DNA from: Heteronotia binoei
Lineage: Eukaryota
Direction of reading: 5' to 3'
Assembly (NCBI RefSeq): GCF_032191835.1
Contig: NC_083242.1
Span: 1,302,001-1,366,000, forward strand
DNA length: 64,000 bases
A model generated the notes under the pieces. It did not search any database. It had not been told where the DNA came from and worked only from the letters and a program-made list of their open reading frames with translations. How positions within the stretch are numbered: the first letter of the stretch is position 1; the number at the start of each line of letters is the position of its first letter. The position numbers and the translations under genes were made by a program. Shown here piece by piece: positions 1 through 18,377 of the stretch.

Positions 1-329
1 TTAGAGGGAACACTGCTCGGAAGGGAGCTGGCTGCATGAAGCTTAGTCAAAGTACTCGTCTGTCTGGCAGCAGCTCTGTTAGGGACCCCGCACCGCTACC
101 CGTGATCCTTTTCAGCTGGAGTGGCTTCCGCGTCACCACAGAGGCCCAGCCCTTTCCCCACAGTCACCTGTGACAGGATGGTCCAGTAGTTTTTTGGAGG
201 TGTGGGTTGCTGTCGGGTCACAGCCAACTTATGGCAACCCTTTCAAGGCAATGGGATGCTCCGAGGTGGTTTGCCTTTGCTGGCCTCTGCACAGCAACCC
301 TGGCCTTCCCTGGGAGTCTCCCATCCAGG

Positions 330-510
330 GACTTGTCAGGGCCAGTTTCATTTAGCTTCAGAGATCCGATGGGATCGGGCTGGCCTGGGCCATCCAGGAC
401 AGGGCAAGAGCTGTTCAGTGGCACTTTGCCTCACGACCCTGGTCGTCCCATCCAAACATTGGCCAAGGCTGACCCTGGCTAGCTTCTGAGATCTGACAAG
501 ATTGAGCCAG
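330..510 (-). mobile_element. 5S rRNA-derived SINE fragments (E4F1 intron 1)
   Basis: Reverse complement resembles the 5S internal segment gatctcggaagctaagcagggtcgggcc; two degenerate pieces. Confidence 0.5.
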
Positions 511-874
511 CGGTTGAGCTATCCCGGTCAGGGCTCTAAGGACGTTACTACTGAGAAGGCAGCTCAAATGCACACACTTTTTAGAATATAAAACGTTATG
601 CCAATAAATGTGTGATATGATGATATGAAACCACTGATTTTATTGCCAGTCCTCCTTAGCTTCTAAAATCAAGCTTCTGTTGGGAAATCTGATGCACCAT
701 GCAGGTGAGGGTTCTAAGGAGGCTACTACTGAACGCACATTTTTTTTTAAAAAAGAATGTATTTTATTGTCAGCCGAGTGTGCAGACTGCAGACTCGTCA
801 TGCAATGTGTTGTAACTGGGAACCGCCGCTTGCACGGGGTCCCAGCAGATCGGGTCCCCACAGATGGTGATCTC

Positions 875-1180
875 TAGGGTTGCCAATCCCCAGGTGGGGG
901 CAGGGGAGCTCTCAGTTTGGAGGCCCTCCCCTCACTTCGGGATCAGCAGAAAGCGGGGGGGGGGGGGGAGGAGGGAAGTGTCTGCTGGGCGCTCCATTAT
1001 TCCCTATGGAGACCGATCCCCATAGGGTATAATGGAGAATTGATCCCCGGGTATCTGGGGCTCTGGAGGAGCTGTCATTCGAGGTAAAGGCACCAAATTT
1101 TCAGCATAGCATCCAGGGCCTCTCCTCAAAACACTCTCCGAGTTTCACAGAGATTGGAGGGGGGGGTCCAATTCTGTGAG
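875..1180. mobile_element. Interspersed repeat beginning TAGGGTTGCCA (probable non-autonomous DNA transposon)
   Basis: Terminal motif TAGGGTTGCCAATCCCCAGG, typical of squamate repeats; family not resolved. Confidence 0.4.
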
Positions 1181-1220
1181 CCCCTCCCTTGCGCCGCCAC
1201 CCCTCCCCCCGCCCGGCTAC

Positions 1221-1377
1221 CTTCCTCCTCGAAGGGCGCGGGGAGGCTGAGGAAGGCGGCGGCGGCGGCGGGGGGCGCGGGGCTGCACTGGGCTTCCTCC
1301 TCCGCGCGTTCCTGTCCCCGTGGCTCAGCTGCCGTAAGCCCCGCCGGCCCAGCGCCCGTTGCCATCGCGGCCTCCAT
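1221..1377 (-). CDS. E4F1: E4F transcription factor 1, coding exon 1 (rest of gene lies left of window)
   Basis: MEAAMATG...AAAAFLSLPAPFEEE+G matches the recalled human N-terminus MEGAMAV...FLGLPAPFSEE|D; 157 nt (52 codons+1); GT donor at 1220-1219; head-to-head with PGP as in human. Confidence 0.88.
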
Positions 1378-2093
1378 GTCGCAAGGAGCCGCAACCACCA
1401 AGATGGCGGCTTTACGGCCGTGTCGTCATAACAACGAGACCCGCGCCGGCGGGGGAAGGAGCCCAGCCAGGGGGCGGGGCGAACGGTGACATCACAGCCC
1501 CTCCTACCGCGTTGCCCTCTCGGCAATGTCAAGGCAGGGGGCGATTCCAATGACGGGCGCCGGAGGGGAAAACCCCTCGAGCGATGTGCCAGCTCGGCCA
1601 ATGAGATTAAGGCGAGCGAGCCGCCTGGGCCAATGGGGAAGCGGCGCCGCTCCATTTCAGCCAATGAGCGTCCGAGGCAGTGGGCACTAGCGTACGACGG
1701 GTGACGTACCAGCCCCTCCTCTCGGCAATGTCAAAGCAAGGGGCGGAGCCGGCGACTCCAATGGCGGGCGCGGGAGGGAAGAAACCCCCTCGACCGCTGT
1801 GCCAGCTCGGCCAATGAGATGAAGGCGAGCGAACAGCCTGGGCCAATGGGGATGCGGCGGAGCTCCATCTCAGCCAATGAGCGTCCGAGGCGGTCGGGGG
1901 CCGAGCGGCGCTTGGAGCTTGGCCTCCGAGTCTCCTTGAAGACTGGCGGGGGCGGGGCCGGCGCTCCTCGTCGGACCAATGAGGGCGAGGCCGCCCCGCG
2001 CTCAGCCAATGGGCGTCGCCGCCGGGCGTGAGGGGCAGGCGCGGCGGTTGGAGGCGCGCTTCCCCTCAGAAGGTTCCGTCCAGCTTCCCCGTC
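1378..2093. promoter_or_regulatory. CpG-island bidirectional E4F1/PGP promoter with 10 CCAAT boxes, YY1 and CRE-like sites
   Basis: CCAAT at 1547,1598,1630,1661,1758,1811,1843,1874,1976,2006; AAGATGGCGGC 1400-1410; GTGACATCA 1486; GTGACGTA 1701; GC boxes. Confidence 0.85.
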
Positions 2094-2733
2094 ATGGCGG
2101 CGGCTGCCAAGAAGTGGTGCGAGCGGCTGGACGCGGACACGGCGCGGTCGGTGCTGGCCGGGGCGGACGCGGTGCTCTTCGACTGCGACGGGGTGCTGTG
2201 GCGGGGCGAGTCGGCGGTGCCGGGCGCGCCTGAGGCGCTGAAGCTGCTGCTGGAGGCCGCGCCGCCCCTGGGCGGGAAGCAGCTGTGCTACGTCACCAAC
2301 AACTCCTCGCGCACGCGCGTGGCCTACGTGGAGAAGCTGCGGCGCCTGGGCTTCCCGCCCGCCGAGCCCCGCCAGGTCTTCGGCTCCGCCTACTGCGCCG
2401 CGCGCTACCTCAGCCACGCCCTCCCCCCCGGAGGCTCCGCCTACGTGCTGGGCGGGGCCGCCCTCAGCTCCGAGCTCCAGGCCGCGGGCGTGGCCCACCT
2501 GGGCGCAGGCCCCGCCCCCCCGCCCGACTCCGCCCACTTCGGCGCCCGCGCCCCCCTCGACCCCGCCGTGCGCGCCGTCCTCGTGGGCTACGACGAGCAC
2601 TTCTCCTACGGCAAGCTCTGCCTCGCCCTGCGCTACCTCCTGCGCCCAGAGCCCGGCCCCGAGCCCGCCTGCCTCCTCGTCGCCACCAACCGCGACCACC
2701 GCCTGCCCCTCGAGGGAGGGAGCGCCGTGCCCG
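2094..2733 (+). CDS. PGP: PGP exon 1
   Basis: ATG 2094 (gtcATGg); ends CCC G|gtacgg. Confidence 0.95.
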
Positions 2734-4612
2734 GTACGGAGGGAGGCAGCGCCCCACCCGCCCTTCCTCCCTCTCCCCATCCCCTCCTCCCTCTCCCTCT
2801 TTCCTTCCTCCCTCTCTCCATCCCTTCCTCTCCCCCCCTCCCTCACTTCCTTCCTCCCTTCCTCCCACCCTTCCTCTCCCCCTCTCCCTCCATTCCTTCC
2901 TTCCTTCCTCCTTCTCTCCATCCCTTCCTTCCTCTTCCTCCCGCCCTTCCTCCCTCTCCCTCCTTCCTCCCCCTTCCTCTCCCTCCTTCCTTCCTCTCCC
3001 CCCTCTCCCCCTCCCTCACTTCCTTCCTCCCATCCTCTTCCTCCCTCCCTCGCTTCCTTCCCTTCCTCCCTCTTCCTCCTTTCCTCTCCCTCCTTCCTCA
3101 TCCTTCCTTCCTCTCCCTCCTTCCTCCCCGCCTTTTCTCTCTCTCCCTCCTTCCTTCCTCTCCCCCCTCCCTTCCTCTCCCCCCCCTCCCTCACTTCCTT
3201 CCTCCCATCCTCTCCCTCCTTCCTCCCTTCCTCATCCTTCCTTCCTTTTCCTCCCTCCCTTCCTCATCCTTCCTTCCTCTTCCTCCCTCCCTCGCTTCCT
3301 TCCCTTCCTCCCTCTTCCTCCCTTCCTCTCCCTCCTTCCTCATCCTTCCTTCCTTTCCCCCCTCCCTCTTCCTCCCTCCCTCATCCTTCCTCTCCCCCCC
3401 TTCCTCCCTCTCCCCCTTTCTCTGTCCATTCCTCCCTCCCCCTCCCTCTTTCCTTCCTCCCTCCCTCCCTCTCTCTCCATCCCTCCCTTCCTACCCTACC
3501 TCCCAACTAGGGTTGTCGAGCTGGGGCCTTTGGGGGTGGGGCCAGGAGCTCCAAAGGGAGGCAGCGCCCTGCCCACCGCTTGTCTTGAAGGGGACTTCAG
3601 GGCAGCAGCCTAGGGCAGGGTCCCCAGCTGGATGCACAGAGGCAGCATGGCCTTTCCTGCCTCCTGCCAAGTGGAGGTTTGGGGGAGGGGAGGGACTGTA
3701 ATGCCAAGAACAGGGTTCTGCCCCCCACCCCCAGCTATGGGCAGCTTTCCTGCTTCCTACCAGGCATTTTTAAGAAGGGGTGAATCCTTGGAGGTTTGGG
3801 GAGGGCCTCTGTAGTGCCCTAGAACAGCCCCCCCCCCCCCGCCTGGTGCCTGTGGACCCCTTTTCTGCCCCTCAGCAAATGGTTTTGAGAAATGGACAGC
3901 TGGATTTTTAATCGGCTGGTTTTTGAAATTGATTTGCATCTTTCCCACAAAGCAGGACTCAGAGTGGTTCTCAGTAGTATAAAAACAGAAGCCGTAAGTG
4001 CGAGTAAAGCAGAGGTGATGAGAAGCAGGGGAGGCTGTGGCAGCAGCTGTAGGCAGGATCCAGCTGTCCTGGGTTGGCCTGCTGCGGTGTGTACTTGGAG
4101 GGCTTAAGTGGCAGTGGGAACAACAGTGAGAAGTTCCCTGTCTGGTGCTTGCTTTGTGCTTCACCCCCCTTTCCCGTTGTCTTTGGGAAGCATAACTGGG
4201 TTCTGACACTGGGCGGGTCCCTCGCTGCAGGGTCCTGTGGACAGCCGGGCGTTCTGTTGACCGAGCCTTTCTTTTTACCTCCTCAGGAACTGGCTGCCTG
4301 GTCAAAGCGGTGGAGACTGCGGCGGAGCGCGAGGCTTTTGTCATTGGCAAGCCCAGCCAATACATCTTTGAGTGCGTGGCGAGCGAGTTCAACATCGACC
4401 CCTCCCGCACCATCATGGTGGGCGACCGCTTGGACACAGACATCCTCATGGGGAACAACTGCGGCCTGACCACGCTGCTCACCCTCACGGGCGTCAGCAC
4501 CTTGGAGGAGGTCCAGAGCCACCTGGAGAGCAGCTGCCCCGAGAGGAGGAAGATGGTGCCTGACTACTATGTCGACAGCATCGCCGACCTTCTCCTCCCT
4601 CTGAAGGCGTAG
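2094..4612 (+). CDS. PGP: Phosphoglycolate / glycerol-3-phosphate phosphatase (HAD family), complete, 321 aa
   Basis: Exons 2094-2733 and 4287-4612 (966 nt, phase 1 intron); [23 protein letters not shown] motifs; C-terminus [15 protein letters not shown] is PGP-like rather than PDXP-like; synteny. Confidence 0.97.
2760..3500 (+). repeat. C/T-only low-complexity tract (PGP intron)
   Basis: ~740 nt almost entirely pyrimidine on + strand. Confidence 0.95.
4287..4612 (+). CDS. PGP: PGP exon 2
   Basis: cctcag|GA ACT GGC TGC; [13 protein letters not shown]...LLLPLKA*. Confidence 0.96.
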
Positions 4613-5499
4613 ATAAAGGGAAACCGTTTTCCAGCTTCTTAGAAGCTATTTCCCCTCTCCTTCTTCCCCCGCTCCCCCCCCCCCCTCCTTAGGCAATCCG
4701 AGGGTGATAATCTCTCCTCGGTTACTGTAATGTACATAATTGCTGCTTGCACATTGGAGATGCTTTTAGCACCTAACTTTCGAGTCCTCTGTTTACAAAT
4801 TCCTTTTTTAAAAAATGCACTTTGGAACAAAGAGGGAAGCACGTTGTGTCAGTCCACTCTCAGACGTCATGAAAGCATCAACAGTACGTCTGCAGTGTTA
4901 AAAGTGTCAGGGTAGAATTTTGCTCAGTTGGGCTGAAGGGGGTTCTCGGGCACCTTGCGGGATGGTTTCTTCTGGAAACGATCGCCGACTCTTTGGGAAT
5001 TCAGGGAATTGAGTAGTTTGAGGGCATTTCGCTCTAGAACTTGATTTTAAGCTTTGCTTTGATGCTTACTCAGGGCCAGTTTTAGGCAGGTATGATTTCA
5101 GGGGGAAAGAAGCCACACGTGTGTAAGTGTGCGTCTAGTGGTTTTGTCGCCCTCCCTTTCTCCCTCACCTCGAACTGCAACCAATACGCAAAACACAAAT
5201 CTGTCTTTGTGGCGTGTTCCTTCTCGTTAGATATATGTGTGTTTAGAGTTAGGAAAAAACTACATATGTCTGTTTTTAAAATTGACTATAATATATATTG
5301 CACATCAGTTTTATGGGTCGGGGGGAAGAGGGGAGAGAGAGAGAAATACTTGATTTCTAGAGATCTTCCTGGAATTCTTCAGTTACACACCACGGCAGCA
5401 CCTGTGTAATCTGCAGACTAAACACCTGGGCACTTCAGAGTTGTAACTGTGCTAATTAAAATGAGCCATGCTTTCCTTTAGGTCTAGCAGAAAGTGATG

Positions 5500-5605
5500 A
5501 ATCTGAGCTGCAGGAGAAAGCTGAGATGCAGGAGAGAGCTGCAGAAGAAAGCTGAGATGCAGGAGAGAGATGCAGGAGAGAGCTGAGATGCAGGAGAGAG
5601 CTACC
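5500..5605 (+). repeat. Short degenerate tandem repeat (gctgagatgcaggagaga)
   Basis: About 5 imperfect copies visible. Confidence 0.7.
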
Positions 5606-7890
5606 CAGCCCAGGTCACCTGCTGGGAACAGCTGGGCCTGTGGTGGGATTTCTGTGGCATGAACAGGTGCAGTTTTCCTCTCTGGCCATTTTGGAGTCCA
5701 TCCTGACGAAGCAAGTGCAGCCGCTTGTGTGGTGCTTCCTGTTAAAATCTTCCTCCCAGGTTCATGGGGGGGGGGGGGGCGGGAATCCTTTGGAGATCCA
5801 CCTTGGTGCCGGTGGAAGCTGAAGCCATGTTGCTTTGCAGTTTTGTGGCAAATAGGATGAATTGCACTTCTCCAGCTGCCCAGGTAGCTTTGTGCTTGTG
5901 GCACTAACCGCCAAATTATGTAACGTCTCAAGAAACGGGATCTGTAGATTAAGGAAGAGCAGGTCCTCTCTTCTGGCGGTGGAGAGAGAGTGCTTTGTTT
6001 CTCCTTTCCAGCGCAGCCCAAACATCTTTGACCTTGTGACAGTGCCGATTACTGTGCTCGTGTCGCAAACAGGTGAAACGTGTGCTAACTTTGCCACCCC
6101 TCTGTACAGCAATAATTGTGTTGTCCATAGTGGAAAGTCTTTTGCACTGATACAGTACGTCTCAATGTTTCTACTATCAATGGTACCTCTTTGAAGTGTT
6201 AAAAAGCTGCACGGTGATTCCACCCATTCACTTGTAATGTTTTCTAACAGAAAGCTTTTTCTCTTTAGGCTGTCTGTTAAATGTTGTTCGACACTTAGAA
6301 CCCTTTGTTTCTGTCTGGACTAACTTGAAAATAGCACATCATGCTCCCTGCTCCCCCCCGCCCAGTAGTTGTGCTTATGCAATTCTTTGGAGATTCAGGA
6401 AAATGTAGAGAACATGATAAATGTTGTTTAAACCCTGTCGGGTGCCGCTCAAACCTGTTTCCCAGATTACAGAACCTGTTACCTCTTTTAACTTGTTTCC
6501 GACCTTTGCTTATGAAGCTGCTGGTGAGAAAACTGGTTGGTGACCCAGCGGCCTGTGGGAAATGCATGGTGGGGAACTTGGAGTCACATTAAACATAAGG
6601 TCTCACTGAACCTGGTGTTTGTCGTCTTTTAATTTTAAATCATTTGGTGGTACTCTTTTAAAATCCATCCCCTGATAGCAGCATAATTTATTAGCGCTGG
6701 TGAGCGATGCTCCAACTGCACTTTGCTCCCAAACCTGGGATCTGCTTTTGAAACAAGTTCCTTTCTCACTGGAGCCTTCGGTTACATATCAGAAAGTGGA
6801 ATCTCTGATTTTTGTTCTTAGTCATTTAGAATCATGAAAGGACGTCTTTGGCCACGAAAGCAGGTGTGCAGTACAGGCATTCCAGCGATGCTTTTGCCAG
6901 AGCAAAATCTGTCCAGCATCAGCCTGGAGCCGCGAAAGGCACAGATGTGCCTGCCTGAACTCGGAAGCCTGCGGACGAGCGTGCCAGCATAAAAGCATTC
7001 CCTGCTTCTCTCTTCCCCTGCTGCCGGAGCTTTTGTTTCCAGCGGGTCTCAAGCTGCAGGGTGGGAAGGCGGTGTGATCTTCTGCCAGACGGAATAGCAC
7101 AGGACTGAAAGACGGCAGGCGCTTCATAAAAGCACAAGCGAGGCCGATGACAGGCTGTCCTCTTCGCCTGGCCCTGGCTCTCGGGACAAGCTCCCGATGG
7201 AAATTCCTGAGCCCTTTGGCCATCTCAGGGTGCTGGGGGACCATGGGAGCCAGCCCGCTTCGGCTGCAACAGCAGAAGAGCAAAAGGGTCTTAAAGCATC
7301 TTAAAGAAGAACAAAAATCGTGGCAGGGGCGGGGCCTTCTTGAGTCACTGCTCTCTTCTTTAGAGTCACGACGGCTTCCCGCCTGAGGCCACAAGTTCTG
7401 TCTCCTGGACTCTTGCTCTTCTCCTCCTACAGACACTAACACAGTGCCCCGTCATGGGTCGACTGTGTCTTAGGCATGTTTGAAAGGGTCCCAGTGCATA
7501 GCTCCTCACCTTCTTGTGGCCTTACTTGGTTCCACAATACGGAATTGCTTCCTCCTTAACTGTGTCTCCGGTCTAGGGGAGACCAGTAGCTGCCTGAAAG
7601 GTAAAAGGGACCAAAACTCAAGACGGCAGATTAAAACAAATTGGTTTTCGTGGAAGCAGTTCTAGGACTTGTGATGCTCTTGACCCAGGATGCAATGAGG
7701 GGGCCTCCGTTTACCATCTCTCTGGTGGAGTCTCCTCCCACCTAGGGTGTTCACCCTGCCCCAATGTCTTGTGGCATTCCTTCTAACCACTGAAGCCGAC
7801 AGTAGCCTTCTGAAATCCCTGTTAAAACAACCTTCCCCTTCCCCTGCTATGTGGAGTGCAGAAACAACCATTCATCTGCTGACTGGTGTT

Positions 7891-8128
7891 GAGCCAGTTT
7901 GGTGAAGTGTGCGGACTCTTATCTGGGAGAACCCACTCCTCCACTTGCACCTGCTGGAACGGCCTTGGGTCAGCCATAGCTGCCATAGGAGTTGTCCTTG
8001 AAAGGGCAGCTGCTGGGAGAGCCCTCTCAGCCCCACCCACCTCACAGGGTGTCTGCTGTGGGGGGAGGAGATTGTAAGCCGCTCTGAGTCTCGTTCAGGG
8101 AGAAGGGCGGGGTATAAATCCACAATTC
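7891..8128 (+). mobile_element. tRNA-head, MIR-core, L2-tail SINE (Squam3-like)
   Basis: gccagtttggtg..A box, ccacctcacagggtgtctgttgtg core, gggcggggtataaat tail; many copies in window. Confidence 0.75.
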
Positions 8129-8656
8129 TTGCTGAGGGAGACTTGTGAATTCTCAAGCATCAGAGAGGAGCTGAAGATGGGCTGTGTGAATGACAGGGGG
8201 CCCTGGGACCGTGTCCTCCAGGGCGCATCTGTGTGGGCATTTCTCAGTCTTCACCACTTTTGCTGCCCCTCTCCCCTGCGCTTTTTATGCTTCCCTCTCC
8301 TCAATTCAAGAGTGGCCCAGCCAATATTTGTGGTGCCCGCCAGCACATAAAAGTCCAAGACAAAGCCCCCGATTGTGTTGCCCATGAATGCTTTGGCTGT
8401 CTTGCCAAGGAAGACAGGCAGGGCATTGCCCTCCCCGGGACAACGTCTCTCTGCAGCTTCCCCCTCCCTTCGAGGGAGTCTAAGGTTTCACCTCCACGCG
8501 TCTCTCTCCAAGCTGAAGTGCCAGGGTGGGCAGCCTACCTGGCCCCGACGGGCACAATCTCAGGTTTCTACCCAGATTCTGAGGACTGTCTGATCATGCA
8601 CAACCTCGACATTGTCCGAGGACGGAGTTGCAGGAGGCTGCGTCCAGCGTGGAAGA

Positions 8657-17286
<8,630 letters not shown>

Positions 17287-17420
17287 GCGGCTCAGGATCC
17301 AGAGCACCCACTCCCCCTCTTTGGTACTTGAACTCCAACAGGAGAGACCTCCAGGTGCTGCCTGGTCACCCACCCCCGGGGCTGCCCAACACCCCTGCTG
17401 AATCTCACCTGGACTCCCAT

Positions 17421-17426
17421 TTTATT
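17421..17426 (-). terminator. Candidate MLST8 polyadenylation signal (AATAAA on - strand)
   Basis: First canonical hexamer found downstream of the MLST8 stop. Confidence 0.55.
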
Positions 17427-17615
17427 TACGGAAGGGGCGGGGTCGCTTCTCAGCTGTAACCTGTAAAGAGCGGCCTTGGGATAGAGGTGGCCGTAGGCAG
17501 ACTCACTTGTACCCTGCGTCACAAATCTTTTCGTGGTTTTTTTTTTTAAGAAACACACACACACACACACACATAGATTTTTGTACCATGTTAGTTACCC
17601 GACTGTGACATTTTA

Positions 17616-17621
17616 AATAAA
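17616..17621 (+). terminator. Candidate BRICD5 polyadenylation signal AATAAA
   Basis: First AATAAA after the BRICD5 stop. Confidence 0.65.
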
Positions 17622-18258
17622 AGCACAAAATGAGGAAACGGAAGCCGCAGCCCCTCTCCTGTTGTTACAACTGGGCTTCCTGCCCCCATTTCCTCTGCTT
17701 TTTCTACAGAGGCCTCCCTGGAGCACTCGCAGAAAGGAACCTTTTGCAAGATCTCCACCGGTTTAGTTTAAAAAAAAAAAAAAGGAATAAAGCAAAAATG
17801 GGGGCTTCTTTCTTTTAGGGGGGGGACCCAATTTGATCAGAACTGCTGCTCCCCCCATGCTCGGGGACAATACATTCTGAAAAGAGCACCACGCGTTTCC
17901 TCTTTCCCTCGCCAGGCCTGTGTTTATCTCAGCCAGCTTTTATGATTCATGGCCAGCAGGCAGCTCAAAGGAGGAGCAAAACCCCCCCAACTTTCCTGTA
18001 CTTCAGACAAGAGAGCTCTTTTTTGGGCTCTGTAATTGAGGAGAGTTGTGAAAAACAAGTGAAAATTCCCCACTAGTTCCTGGGAGTGTCTGTCTTTATC
18101 AGGACGAAGCTCCCCTTTGGGGAGGAGGTGACTGAAGGGAAAAGATGCAACCTCCTCTCGCCGTCTGTTGACGGCAGCTGTGTTCTTGCTGCGACCTTTC
18201 ACCCCTCCGCCGATCCGTCTGGCTCTCAGGGCCCCCGAAACTGGGCCAGTGGGTCTCT

Positions 18259-18377
18259 TCAGCCCAACACGCTGTCATTGAAAGCCAGGCAGACGACCGC
18301 CTTCTGGTGGCCGCTGTACTCCCGCTTGATCTCCCCCGTCTCCACGCACCACAGCCTGGCCAGGTTATCCGAGGAGG
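18259..18377 (-). CDS. MLST8: MLST8 last coding exon
   Basis: [39 protein letters not shown]. Confidence 0.97.

Noticed and set aside
1731-3701. Long ORFs 1731-3194 (-), 2285-3613 (+) and the P/S/L/F-rich extension of 2028-3701 (+)
   Set aside because: Produced by GC-rich exon sequence plus the pyrimidine-only intron; the real PGP frame splices at 2733
5452-7442. ORFs of 110-206 aa between PGP and BRICD5
   Set aside because: No recognisable motifs or consistent splice structure; more likely 3' UTR or intergenic
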